From NCBI GenBank assembly GCA_965140415.1, contig OZ223209.1:5728001-5792000 (forward strand): a DNA stretch of 64,000 nucleotides, written 5' to 3'. This DNA is from Myxococcota bacterium. Its GTDB lineage: Bacteria > Myxococcota_A > SURF-8. The notes below the pieces were generated by a model that was not told the origin of the DNA, searched no databases, and saw only the letters and a program-made list of their open reading frames with translations. Positions 1 to 9,393 of the stretch are shown here, one piece after another. Positions within the stretch are counted from its first letter, which is position 1, and each line of letters begins with the position of its first letter. The translations under genes were made by a program, and so were the position numbers.

Positions 1-1
1 G

Positions 2-370
2 CACGAAAAGACGATCCTGACCGGCATCGAACAGGAAGATCCGAAGCTGGCCGAAGAGATCAAGGGCATGATGTTCGTATTCGAAGATCTTTCGAGCCTC
101 GACGACCGCTCCCTGCAACTCATCCTGCGCGAAGTGGATCAACAGACTCTGGTTATGGCCCTCAAGGCGGCCAACGAGGATATGGTCGAACGGGTCAAGG
201 GCAACGTGTCCAAACGCGCGGCACAGATGTTGGACGAAGATCTGGATGCGCTGGGTCCGGTGCGCTTGAGCGAAGTCGAAACGGCACAGGGCGAGATTGT
301 ACGTGTTGCGCTTAAACTGGAAGAAGAAGGCAAGATCGTAGCCAGCTCCGGCGAGGAAGAGTATGTCTAA
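2..370 (+). CDS. fliG: Flagellar motor switch protein FliG, C-terminal part (5' truncated by window edge)
   Basis: MFVFEDL..LDDRSLQLILREVD...ALK..NVSKRAAQML.EDL..LGPVRLSEVE.AQ is the FliG C-domain; precedes fliH/fliI. Confidence 0.95.
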   Translation, partial: HEKTILTGIEQEDPKLAEEIKGMMFVFEDLSSLDDRSLQLILREVDQQTLVMALKAANEDMVERVKGNVSKRAAQMLDEDLDALGPVRLSEVETAQGEIVRVALKLEEEGKIVASSGEEEYV

Positions 371-1217
371 GATTCTGAAGAAAGATCTGGCCGATGCGCT
401 GGGGGTGACGAAAGCGATTTTCGATGAGGTACCGGAATCGGCGGAATCGGAGTTCGTGCTTTCCATGCGGGAAAACAGTGGCCGGATGGCCAACCATGGA
501 ACGAATAGTCCGGCCTCTTCCGCCCAAGCGCCGGGATCGTCTTCCGGTGCGGCGGCCATGTCTGATTTCCAACCGGATGTGTCTTCGCAGGAACTTGTGG
601 ATCAGATGATGAATCCGGGTGCTACGAGTGATGGGGCAATTGCCGGAGATAGCGTTCCATCTTCTGCCGGCGCAGGCGAGATTGCAGAATTGGTAGCGCT
701 GTTGGAACGCGAGCGCCACGAACAGGAAGAAAAGATTCAGCAAGCCTACGAACGCGGAGTCGCCGATGGCGAACGTCACCGCGCCGAATTCGAGGCGCAG
801 TTGTCCGAATCCTATCATTACGGACTCAAGCGTTTGGAAATGCTTGGGAATTCATTGGAAGTGCTGGCTCGTTCGGAAGCGTTGGAAATCGCGATTCTGG
901 TCGCCAGACGTATTTTGCAAAAAGAGATCGAAATGAACCCGTTGCAGATCATCGAACAGGTGAAACGGGTCAGTTCGGAAGCGATGGGCAAAAAGGAATT
1001 GACCATCCGCCTCAATCCGCAGGATCTGGCCGCAGTGCGCGCCATCGATCCGGAATTGGGAACGCATTTCCCGGCGGTCGGACAGGTATCGATTCTGGAA
1101 GATCACGACCTGCAACCGGGTGATTGCCTTGTGGATACCGAAGTAGAGCAGATCAATCTGTCATTGGATGAACAACTCGCAGTGTTGAAGAAAGCACTGG
1201 AGGAGGAACTGGCGTGA
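363..1217 (+). CDS. fliH: Flagellar assembly protein FliH
   Basis: AYERGVADG (GxxxG) repeat, IRLNPQDL and GDCLVDTE C-terminal motifs; lies between fliG and fliI. Confidence 0.88.
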   Translation: MSKILKKDLADALGVTKAIFDEVPESAESEFVLSMRENSGRMANHGTNSPASSAQAPGSSSGAAAMSDFQPDVSSQELVDQMMNPGATSDGAIAGDSVPSSAGAGEIAELVALLERERHEQEEKIQQAYERGVADGERHRAEFEAQLSESYHYGLKRLEMLGNSLEVLARSEALEIAILVARRILQKEIEMNPLQIIEQVKRVSSEAMGKKELTIRLNPQDLAAVRAIDPELGTHFPAVGQVSILEDHDLQPGDCLVDTEVEQINLSLDEQLAVLKKALEEELA

Positions 1218-2581
1218 CCCTGTTCAGGATCACAGATATCGAGCAACGGCTGGAAGCCACCGATCCCTACGTGACTCACGGCAAGGTGCAGAAAGTAGTG
1301 GGTATGGTGGTGGAGGGCTATGCTCCCGGCGCGAAAGTCGGTTCCTTGTGCCGAATCCATCCCGGATCGGATCTGCCTTCGATCAAAGCGGAAGTTGTCG
1401 GTTTCAAAGCTCATACCGCGCTGATGATGCCGTTGGGCGATATTCGCGGTGTGCGTATGGGATCGACCATCGACGTCATCAAAGCGGAAACCACCCAGCC
1501 GGTGGGTTCGCGCATGCTGGGTCGTGTCATCAACGGCATGGGTGAGCCGATCGACGATAAAGGCCCGTTGCAACTGGATAAAAACATCCCGTTATACGGA
1601 AACCCGCTCAATCCTTTGCAGCGCCGCAGCATCGAGCAACCGCTGGAGTTGGGCATTCGCGCCATCGACGGTTTACTGACCTGCGGCAAGGGTCAGCGCA
1701 TGGCGATTATGGCCGGTTCCGGCGTAGGTAAATCGGTGTTGATGGGCATGATCGCCCAGGCGACACGGGCGGATGTCAAAGTAATCGCTCTTATCGGTGA
1801 GCGTGGTCGCGAAGTGCGTAACTTCATTCAGAATTCGTTGACGGACCAAGGGCTTGCCACGTCTGTGGTGGTGGCTGCCGCCAGCGATCAGCCTCCGCTG
1901 ATTCGTATGCGCGGGGCTTTTGTCGCTACGGCCATCGCCGAATATTTCCGCGACCAGGGCTTGTCGGTACTATTGATGATGGATTCGATTACGCGCTTTG
2001 CCATGGCCCAACGTGAAATCGGTCTGGCGGTCGGTGAACCACCCACCACCAAAGGCTATACCCCCTCGGTATTTACCCTGCTGCCTCGCTTATTGGAGCG
2101 TGCCGGAACCAGTTCCGGGCCAGGCTCGATCACGGGGTTGTACACGGTACTGGTCGAAGGCGATGACATGAACGACCCGATCGCCGATTCGGTACGTTCG
2201 ATTCTGGATGGCCACGTCACGTTAAGTCGTGCGCGTGCGGAACAGAACATCTACCCGGCCATCGACGTGCTTTCCTCGATTTCACGCGTCATGACCGAAA
2301 TCGTGGACGACGATCACCTGCAAACGGCCTATCGCGTTCGTGAATTGATGGCGGCTTACAACAAAGCCGAGGATCTGATCAACATCGGTGCATACGTCAA
2401 GGGAAACAATCCCAAGATCGATGAGGCCATCGCACGCATCGATACGATTACGAATTTTCTAAGGCAGGGGATTCGCGAACGATCCAGTTTCGATGAATCC
2501 TTGCAGGGACTAAATCAGATATTTTCCAACCAGAATGCCGGTCCGGGCGGGAAACCGTCGGGAGCGACTATGGAGGGATAA
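1214..2581 (+). CDS. fliI: Flagellum-specific export ATPase FliI
   Basis: Walker A AGSGVGKS, IGERGRE, MDSITRFA, DGHVTLSR motifs. Confidence 0.97.
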   Translation: MTLFRITDIEQRLEATDPYVTHGKVQKVVGMVVEGYAPGAKVGSLCRIHPGSDLPSIKAEVVGFKAHTALMMPLGDIRGVRMGSTIDVIKAETTQPVGSRMLGRVINGMGEPIDDKGPLQLDKNIPLYGNPLNPLQRRSIEQPLELGIRAIDGLLTCGKGQRMAIMAGSGVGKSVLMGMIAQATRADVKVIALIGERGREVRNFIQNSLTDQGLATSVVVAAASDQPPLIRMRGAFVATAIAEYFRDQGLSVLLMMDSITRFAMAQREIGLAVGEPPTTKGYTPSVFTLLPRLLERAGTSSGPGSITGLYTVLVEGDDMNDPIADSVRSILDGHVTLSRARAEQNIYPAIDVLSSISRVMTEIVDDDHLQTAYRVRELMAAYNKAEDLINIGAYVKGNNPKIDEAIARIDTITNFLRQGIRERSSFDESLQGLNQIFSNQNAGPGGKPSGATMEG

Positions 2582-2584
2582 ACG

Positions 2585-3316
2585 GTGACGTCGAATTATT
2601 TTCCCAATTATAAACAGAAGAAACCCTGGTACCGCAAACCGGGCTTCTTCTTCTTTCTAATGATACTGGCCGGTATCATGGGTGCAGCCTATTGGGTATT
2701 CAAGGTTTACCCGATGCCGGTGTTGAAACTGGTTGATACGCCACAGGCGGTGGCGCAGGAAGAAGCGAAAAAGGCAAAGAAGGCGGATCAACAACCGCGC
2801 AGCGCAGAAGTGGATAGCGCCAAAGCCGAAGCCGTTTTGAGCAAACGCCAGAAAATCCAGAAGAGCGACGAACTGAAGTTCAGGGAAGAAAAAATCGCGC
2901 AGATCCAGAAAGATGTCATTCAGTCGTTGTACGAAATCCGCACGATTCAGAAATCGCTGGATGAAACACTGAAGAAACAGAAACGGGAAAATCGCTCCGA
3001 GCAGAATTTACATCTGGCCAAGCTGATCAAGATCGTGGGCAGCATGGCGGGTGAACAAGCCGCTCTAGTGATCACGCAAATGGAAGAGGATCTGGCGGTG
3101 AATATCATGGCGTCATTGTCCGGGGCCAAGTCGAGCAAGATCATGGCCGGATTGGAACCGGAAAAAGCGGCGCGTATCAGTAAACGCATGGTTGCCTTGA
3201 AACCGGATGCGGAACTCAAGAACGTGATGGACAACTGGAAAACCATTTTGGAAGAAGAGGCCGAACGTGAGAAAAATGAACGTTATCCTTCCCAAGAGCC
3301 CCCAAAGTCTCAGTGA
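2585..3316 (+). CDS. Flagellar-associated membrane protein, MotE/FlbB-like (TM, coiled coil, MgtE-N-like helical repeats)
   Basis: N-terminal TM, coiled coil, C-terminal M..E.AA.V..QM....A..IM..L...K...IM..L.PEKAA.I; position before fliK. Confidence 0.65.
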   Translation: MTSNYFPNYKQKKPWYRKPGFFFFLMILAGIMGAAYWVFKVYPMPVLKLVDTPQAVAQEEAKKAKKADQQPRSAEVDSAKAEAVLSKRQKIQKSDELKFREEKIAQIQKDVIQSLYEIRTIQKSLDETLKKQKRENRSEQNLHLAKLIKIVGSMAGEQAALVITQMEEDLAVNIMASLSGAKSSKIMAGLEPEKAARISKRMVALKPDAELKNVMDNWKTILEEEAEREKNERYPSQEPPKSQ

Positions 3317-4940
3317 GTCGCCGGATAGTTCTCTCTCGGCGGCAATCTCGGGTACGGGCGAAGCCTTTCAGCAGGTAATGGGAGCGTTGAATGAAACTCC
3401 CAAAACTGGTGAAGCCGTGGTGTCCGAAGCGAAGGAAGAAAGCGGCATCAAGGTGCAGTTCGTTCGGGCGAACAACTCCGAGCTGAAAGAAAAGATGCAA
3501 CCCGGTAAACAGGCCGCCGAGGGGCGGCATCCCTCACGACCGGATTCGGCCAAGGTGACCGAACCCATAGGCAAGAGCCTGCGAGACGAGAAACTTCAGA
3601 CCATCAACGGCAAACGCTTCAGCGGACGCATGGTCGAAGCCAGCGCCTGGGACAAGGCACAGGCCGCCAAAGCACGTTCAATGGCCGCCAGTCCGGGCGC
3701 ACGCAGTCGCATGGGCGGTCAACAGATTGAAGGTACCGATAAAAACACGGTGAATCGCAAGGATCTGGCCTCTGGCGAAAAGTCGGCAGATGCGATCAAG
3801 TTAGGCACCAAGGGTGAAATCAGCCGCGCCGATGGCAGCCCGGCGGTCAAAGCAGCGGATGGCAGCACGAAGGTGCTTGACGCACAAAACGAGGACAATT
3901 CGCTCAAGCTTTTCGTCAATCAGGATGCCAGCGACGAAGAAATCCAGAAAGCCAAGCAAACGATCTCTGAATCGTTGAAGAAAAAACAAGCCGATACAAA
4001 AAGCAATCCGGAAGCGTTTGCACGTGCAAGCGAATCCCTGCATGAAAAATCCGGAGAAACAATCGCCAGAAACGTCAAACTGACCGTAGAGGATTCCGCC
4101 ACTAAATTGACCGAGGACAAACTACGTCCTTCTGTACAAACAGCCGAAGAATCGGTGAAAGCGTCCGATGCCGATAAAAAGCACGACAGTAAGCACGACG
4201 GCAAACACGACGGCAAGAAAGATGCACACGCCGGCAAGGCGGATGTGGTGCAGCAGCGCGGCGAGCAAGCCAAGGGCGAACAGAACAAATCGGATGCGGC
4301 ACAGAACTTCGCGCAGGCAGCCAAAGCGGCCAAAGACGCTGTTGAAACTCTACCGGGAAAAGGCGTCGCAGACGGAAAAATTGCAACAGCAAAGAAACTC
4401 ACCCCCACCAAAGGTACGGAGAAATCCGTGACCACGGGGTCCAGCACGGCAACGGCACAAATGGATGCCACCTCTGTCGCTCATGCTCTGGGACGCGGCA
4501 ATCGTACCCAGGCGGTCAATCAGCTTTCTTCTCTGATGGAAGCGCGTTTAACCATGATGACCCAACAGAACCGCCCGGAGTTGCATCTGAAACTGACGCC
4601 GCAGCATCTGGGTGATATTCACGTCCGGCTCATCAGCCAGGGCGAGCAGACCACGGTGCGCATACAGGCGGAGCGCGAAGTCGTGGGACGCATGCTGGAA
4701 TCGGGCGTACAACAACTATTGCAACAGTTGAACAAGGCCGGGTTGCAGGTCAACGAAGTCAACGTCGACTTCGCTCAAATGGATTTCGAGCATGGTGGAA
4801 GCAATGAAACCGGAGCCGGTTCCGGTGAAAATCAGGATTTCGCCCAGATGATGGGTGGAGAACAGGTTGAAGAAGGCGCAACGACCAATACGGCGCAGCG
4901 CCGATCTCTTCACGAAGGAGCAATCGACGTCACGGCCTGA
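3267..4940 (+). CDS. fliK: Flagellar hook-length control protein FliK (start could be ATG 3276)
   Basis: Long low-complexity N-terminus and C-terminal LKLTPQHLGDIHVRL...QLNKAGLQV domain; precedes flgD. Confidence 0.88.
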   Translation: MRKMNVILPKSPQSLSESPDSSLSAAISGTGEAFQQVMGALNETPKTGEAVVSEAKEESGIKVQFVRANNSELKEKMQPGKQAAEGRHPSRPDSAKVTEPIGKSLRDEKLQTINGKRFSGRMVEASAWDKAQAAKARSMAASPGARSRMGGQQIEGTDKNTVNRKDLASGEKSADAIKLGTKGEISRADGSPAVKAADGSTKVLDAQNEDNSLKLFVNQDASDEEIQKAKQTISESLKKKQADTKSNPEAFARASESLHEKSGETIARNVKLTVEDSATKLTEDKLRPSVQTAEESVKASDADKKHDSKHDGKHDGKKDAHAGKADVVQQRGEQAKGEQNKSDAAQNFAQAAKAAKDAVETLPGKGVADGKIATAKKLTPTKGTEKSVTTGSSTATAQMDATSVAHALGRGNRTQAVNQLSSLMEARLTMMTQQNRPELHLKLTPQHLGDIHVRLISQGEQTTVRIQAEREVVGRMLESGVQQLLQQLNKAGLQVNEVNVDFAQMDFEHGGSNETGAGSGENQDFAQMMGGEQVEEGATTNTAQRRSLHEGAIDVTA

Positions 4941-5004
4941 TGCGGTCGTGCCGGATGCCGCGTTGATCGGCATCTGAAAATTAGCGGAAAGGAGGTGAAA
5001 GACA

Positions 5005-5676
5005 ATGGGAACAACAATCGCGGATATTCTAAACAGTCAGGCAGGTTCGTATGATACCACAACGACCAGCAGCAACGATGCCATGGGAAAGGAAGCCTTT
5101 TTGCAACTGCTGACCGCACAATTGACCAATCAGGATCCGCTCTCACCGATGGAGAACGAACAGTTCGTGGCGCAGTTGGCGCAATTCTCCAACCTGGAGC
5201 AGATGATCGCGGTCAATGAACGGCTGGAATCGATGGCCATGACACAGCTTTCGCAGAGTAGCGCCTCGGCGGTGAACTTCATCGGCAAGGACGTGCGTGC
5301 AATGGCCGACTGGGTGGATTACGACGGCGTCAACGCCACTGATGTGAACTTCGAACTGCTGGGAACGGCAGCCGAAACGAATCTGACCATCGAGGATGAA
5401 GACGGCAACGTGGTGCGCACCGTACAGTTGGGGCAACGCTCGGATGGTAGCCACAGTTGGGAATGGGACGGCCTGAACAACAATGGCGAGCAGGTGGATG
5501 CCGGAACCTACACCGTCACGCTGACGGCAAAGGACGAAAGCGGCACGAATGTCAATGGATATACCGAATCGCTGGCACGCGTAACCGGAATTTCCTATGA
5601 AAGCGGGTATGCCGAGTTGATGCTCGGTGATCACCGTATCAGCCTGGCCGATGTGGTCGAGGTATTGGAGGATTAA
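5005..5676 (+). CDS. flgD: Flagellar hook capping protein FlgD
   Basis: FLQLLTAQLTNQDPLSPM..FVAQLAQFS.LEQ and WDGLNNNG Ig-like motif. Confidence 0.96.
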   Translation: MGTTIADILNSQAGSYDTTTTSSNDAMGKEAFLQLLTAQLTNQDPLSPMENEQFVAQLAQFSNLEQMIAVNERLESMAMTQLSQSSASAVNFIGKDVRAMADWVDYDGVNATDVNFELLGTAAETNLTIEDEDGNVVRTVQLGQRSDGSHSWEWDGLNNNGEQVDAGTYTVTLTAKDESGTNVNGYTESLARVTGISYESGYAELMLGDHRISLADVVEVLED

Positions 5677-5678
5677 CG

Positions 5679-6077
5679 ATGACGAACCGGATTGACCCGA
5701 CAATTACGGGAGCCATCCGGCAAATTGCCGACCAGGGAGGGACGCAACCGTCAACCGGAACGACGTCGGGAGGATTGGCTGATTTCCAGTCTTTACTCGA
5801 AGACGCCCAACGGCAAGAGTTGAATTTCTCCAAACACGCGATGGAACGCTTGCAGCGACGGGAAATCCCGCTGAATCAGGATGATTTGAAGCTGCTTTCG
5901 GAAGGCATCAATCGCGCCAGGCAAAAAGGCTCTCGTGAATCACTGCTGCTCATGGATGACACGGCCTTTTTAGTCAATGTAAACGATCGCCGCATCATTA
6001 CGGCGGTTGGCGAAGAAGGCATGAAGAACAAGACGTTCACCAACATCGATAGCGCCATTCTGCTGTCGAGGAAGTAA
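5679..6077 (+). CDS. Flagellar operon protein, TIGR02530 family
   Basis: LNFSKHAMERL..R.I, KGSRESLLL, FTNIDSA motifs; between flgD and flgE. Confidence 0.9.
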   Translation: MTNRIDPTITGAIRQIADQGGTQPSTGTTSGGLADFQSLLEDAQRQELNFSKHAMERLQRREIPLNQDDLKLLSEGINRARQKGSRESLLLMDDTAFLVNVNDRRIITAVGEEGMKNKTFTNIDSAILLSRK

Positions 6078-6236
6078 GCCGCCTATCAAGGCGGAAAGAG
6101 GACGCTCTTTACGGATATGAAATCGGACTCCGCACTTGAAACCATAAGGATGTGGCCAGTGGAGATCCCTCGCACGGACGCGAAAAGGAGGAACATCGAT
6201 ATGATGAGTAAAACGTAACGATTGACAACATGACGC

Positions 6237-6294
6237 AGGGCTGGCCCTCATTCGAGGAAGCCCTCCACGGTGACCGGTTGCTTGCCGGAACACC
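6237..6294 (+). promoter_or_regulatory. Candidate structured leader (two hairpins) immediately upstream of the flgE ribosome-binding site
   Basis: AGGGCT..CCTC-ATTC-GAGG..AGCCCT (6237-6264) and GGTG-A-CCGG-7nt-CCGG-AA-CACC (6269-6294), then GGAGG and ATG 6310. Confidence 0.5.
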
Positions 6295-6309
6295 ACGAAG
6301 GAGGATATC

Positions 6310-7572
6310 ATGAGCTTGTACGGATCTTTGTACACAGGTATTTCCGGTCTGAACTCCAACGGTTCGGCTCTTTCCGTTATCTCCGACAACATCGCCAATA
6401 TGAACACCATCGGTTTCAAGCGCTCGCGCGCGGTGTTCCAGGACATCATGACCTACCCGACGCTGGGCATCGGCTCGGAGAATTACATCGGTGTCGGTTC
6501 GACTCTGTCGGGCGTCGAGCAGGAAATGTCACAGGGCTCGCTGCTTAACACCGGCAACGGAATGGATCTGGCCATTCAAGGCGCCGGATTCTTTGTCGTC
6601 GGCGGTCAGCAGGCCGGACAATCGGGCAATTTCTACACCCGCGCCGGTCAGTTCCACGTGGACAACAACGGTTACATGGTCAATACCGCCGGTTTCCGGC
6701 TGCAAGGCTATCTGGCCGACAGCGCCGGCAATATCAGCAGTGCGTTGACCGATTTGCAGTTCACCAACGCGTCCGCTCCGGTTCTGGCCACTTCCGAAGT
6801 GGAAATGACCATGAATCTGAACGCCGGTGAAGATACGCCGATGACTTTCGATCCCACCGATCCGGATGCCACCAGCCATTTCTCCACGGCTACCACCGTT
6901 TACGACAGCCTGGGCGCCGCCCACGATGTCACTCTGTATTTCACCAAAACGGCGGACAATACCTGGAGTTGGAATGCGATGCAGGAAGGTGCTGCGGTCG
7001 CCAGCGCATCGGGCGAATTGACCTTCAACAGCGACGGTCAACTGCTCACCGCCACCACCACCGCCAGTTCCTTCGACTTCCCCGGCGCGACTCCGGGTCA
7101 GGTCGTTGACTTCAATTTCGGTGACCCCATCTCCACCGGCGGCACCGGTCTGGCGGGCACCACCCAGTTCGCCTCTTCGTCTTCCGTTTCCGCCCAGAGC
7201 CAGGACGGCTACGGTGCGGGCGATCTGAACACCATTCTGATCGATGACGAAGGCGTTATCACCGGTACCTTCACCAATGGCGAACGCCGCGTGATGGGTC
7301 AGATTGCACTGGCCAACTTCAAAGGCGCGGGCCTGGACCGCATGGGCAACAACCTGTGGCAGGAAACCACCGCCAGCGGGCAGCCGCTGATCGGCGCGGC
7401 AAGCACCGGTTCGCGCGGTTCGATCAATTCCTCGCTGCTGGAACAGAGCAACGTGGATCTGGCAGCCGAATTCGTAGACATGATCGTCGCCCAGCGCGGC
7501 TATCAGGCCAACGGACGTACCATTACCACCTCGGACCAACTGTTGCAGGAAGTATTGAATCTGAAACGATAA
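6310..7572 (+). CDS. flgE: Flagellar hook protein FlgE
   Basis: SLYTGISGL..NIANMNTIGFK, YTRAGQF, VYDSLG, LEQSNVDLA motifs. Confidence 0.97.
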   Translation: MSLYGSLYTGISGLNSNGSALSVISDNIANMNTIGFKRSRAVFQDIMTYPTLGIGSENYIGVGSTLSGVEQEMSQGSLLNTGNGMDLAIQGAGFFVVGGQQAGQSGNFYTRAGQFHVDNNGYMVNTAGFRLQGYLADSAGNISSALTDLQFTNASAPVLATSEVEMTMNLNAGEDTPMTFDPTDPDATSHFSTATTVYDSLGAAHDVTLYFTKTADNTWSWNAMQEGAAVASASGELTFNSDGQLLTATTTASSFDFPGATPGQVVDFNFGDPISTGGTGLAGTTQFASSSSVSAQSQDGYGAGDLNTILIDDEGVITGTFTNGERRVMGQIALANFKGAGLDRMGNNLWQETTASGQPLIGAASTGSRGSINSSLLEQSNVDLAAEFVDMIVAQRGYQANGRTITTSDQLLQEVLNLKR

Positions 7573-7598
7573 TCGCCTTCATTAAAGGCTAAACCGTC

Positions 7599-7637
7599 AA
7601 ATAGGCGACGTCCAACCGGGCGTCGCCTATTTTTCTT
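7599..7637 (+). terminator. Intrinsic terminator after flgE
   Basis: AAATAGGCGACG..CGTCGCCTATTT stem followed by T-rich tract. Confidence 0.85.
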
Positions 7638-7770
7638 GTCAATCCTGTGACGCTTTTCCCCCGAACTTTGACGGATTTCACACGATCACCAACCTAAAAT
7701 TTTCGATCACTATCGCAAATAACGCATTGTAATCACTGAGTTTCGCCTACATGTCAAGAATATACCTCTT

Positions 7771-7786
7771 TGGCATGACGTTTGCA
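7771..7786 (+). promoter_or_regulatory. Sigma54 (-24/-12) promoter of the motA-flhB operon
   Basis: TGGCAT-GACGT-TTGCA matches TGGCAC-N5-TTGCW with exact GG/GC spacing, about 70 bp upstream of motA. Confidence 0.75.
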
Positions 7787-7858
7787 TTATTTGCACGCGG
7801 CAGGTTTTGTATGCATTATATTGGCAATTGTCATTGATTCTATAGAAAGAGTCGAACC

Positions 7859-8629
7859 ATGGATCTTGCAACCATAATCGGACTCGTTGGAGCGTTTGGC
7901 GTTATCGTCGTCGGTATCATGGTCGGTTCCTCGATGAGCATCTTCATCGACATTCCGTCCGTTCTGATCGTCGGCTTCGGAACGATCCTGGCGACAACCA
8001 CCAACTTCAGGTTGACGGATGTGATCAATTCGGTCCGCGTCATCAAGAATGCGTTTTTTGCGCCGTCGCTCCCATTGCAGGGCATCGCCAAGACCCTGAT
8101 CGAAATGTCCATCCGTGCACGTAAAGAGGGTTTGCTGGCCTTGGAAGCCTTGATCAGCGACAGCAAAGATCCATTCATCGCCAAGGGAATCCAGCTCGTG
8201 GTCGACGGACATGAAGTGGACGACGTCGACAAGATCATGTCGGCGGAAATCGAAGCCATCACCGAACGTCACCGGGTAGGCGCGGAACTCTTTTTGCAAG
8301 CAGGTACCTTCGCCCCGGCTCTCGGATTGATCGGAACCCTGATCGGTCTGGTGCAGATGTTGCAGAACATGAGCGACCCATCCAAAATCGGTCCGGCCAT
8401 GTCCGTCGCCCTGTTGACGACCTTCTACGGCGCGATTCTGGCCAACGTCGTGTTCAACCCCTTGGCCGGAAAACTGGCGATCCGCGCCAAAGAAGAAGAA
8501 CAGATGAAAGACATGGTGCTTAGCGGCATTCTGGCGATCAGCAACGGAGACAACCCGCGCATCGTCGAACAGAAACTGAATGCTTTCTTGTCTCCGAAAC
8601 TGCAAATCAGCATGTTCGAAGGCGAATAG
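7859..8629 (+). CDS. motA: Flagellar stator MotA/PomA
   Basis: ARKEGLLALE, APALGLIGTLIGLVQML, ALLTTFYG motifs (PomA-like). Confidence 0.96.
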   Translation: MDLATIIGLVGAFGVIVVGIMVGSSMSIFIDIPSVLIVGFGTILATTTNFRLTDVINSVRVIKNAFFAPSLPLQGIAKTLIEMSIRARKEGLLALEALISDSKDPFIAKGIQLVVDGHEVDDVDKIMSAEIEAITERHRVGAELFLQAGTFAPALGLIGTLIGLVQMLQNMSDPSKIGPAMSVALLTTFYGAILANVVFNPLAGKLAIRAKEEEQMKDMVLSGILAISNGDNPRIVEQKLNAFLSPKLQISMFEGE

Positions 8630-8670
8630 AATACGAATTAATGGTAATGGCATAAACGAGATAAACACTC

Positions 8671-9393
8671 ATGCCTAAGAAGAAACAACCAGAGAAAGCC
8701 AAGGAAGACAAGTTCGCAGCCTTGTTCTTGTCCTTGTCCATCATTCTGTTGGCTTTCTTTATCCTGCTTAATTCCATTGCCGAGCTGGAAGCCTCGCGCG
8801 TGGATCGTGCCCTGCGCTCGTTGCAGGCGCTTTCGGCAGGATTGGGTGTATTCGGGCAGGGCGTCAGTGTGGATGTAAGCAGCGACCGTCCCCCGGTGGA
8901 CATGAGCAAACCGCAAGTATTTGAAAAAGCTTATGAAATGATGCAGAAGTCGCTGACCAAATGGGGTCGCGACATGAATGCCATCGATGCGTATGAAGAT
9001 GAGCGCCGCTTGGTGATCACCATGCAATCGACGGCTTTGTTCAGCAGCGGAAGCAATGCCCTTCATCCGCGAACCTTCGCTTTCCTGGATGATATCGGCG
9101 AGTTGGTCGAGCGTTTGCAAACGCCCATTACCGTGCAGGGGCATTCCGATTCCACTCCGTCTTCGGGTAAGTTTTCCAACTGGGAACTGGCCGCCTTTCG
9201 TGCCAACGAAGTAGCCCGTTATTTGTTGGAAGGCGTAGGTGTTCCAGATGTACTGGTAGAGGCGGAATCCTTTGGCGATACCAGACCGATGACCACCAAT
9301 GATACCGAAGAAGGTCGACGTAAAAACCGGCGTGTGGATCTGGTGTTCTACAAACGTGATCTGGCACGATTGCAGATCGTGGGAGGCGAGTGA
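8671..9393 (+). CDS. motB: Flagellar stator MotB paralog 1 (intact OmpA-like domain; TM lacks the conserved Asp)
   Basis: TM FAALFLSLSIILLAFFILL; GHSD..NWELAAFRA..FGDTRP..NRRV peptidoglycan-binding domain. Confidence 0.85.
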   Translation: MPKKKQPEKAKEDKFAALFLSLSIILLAFFILLNSIAELEASRVDRALRSLQALSAGLGVFGQGVSVDVSSDRPPVDMSKPQVFEKAYEMMQKSLTKWGRDMNAIDAYEDERRLVITMQSTALFSSGSNALHPRTFAFLDDIGELVERLQTPITVQGHSDSTPSSGKFSNWELAAFRANEVARYLLEGVGVPDVLVEAESFGDTRPMTTNDTEEGRRKNRRVDLVFYKRDLARLQIVGGE

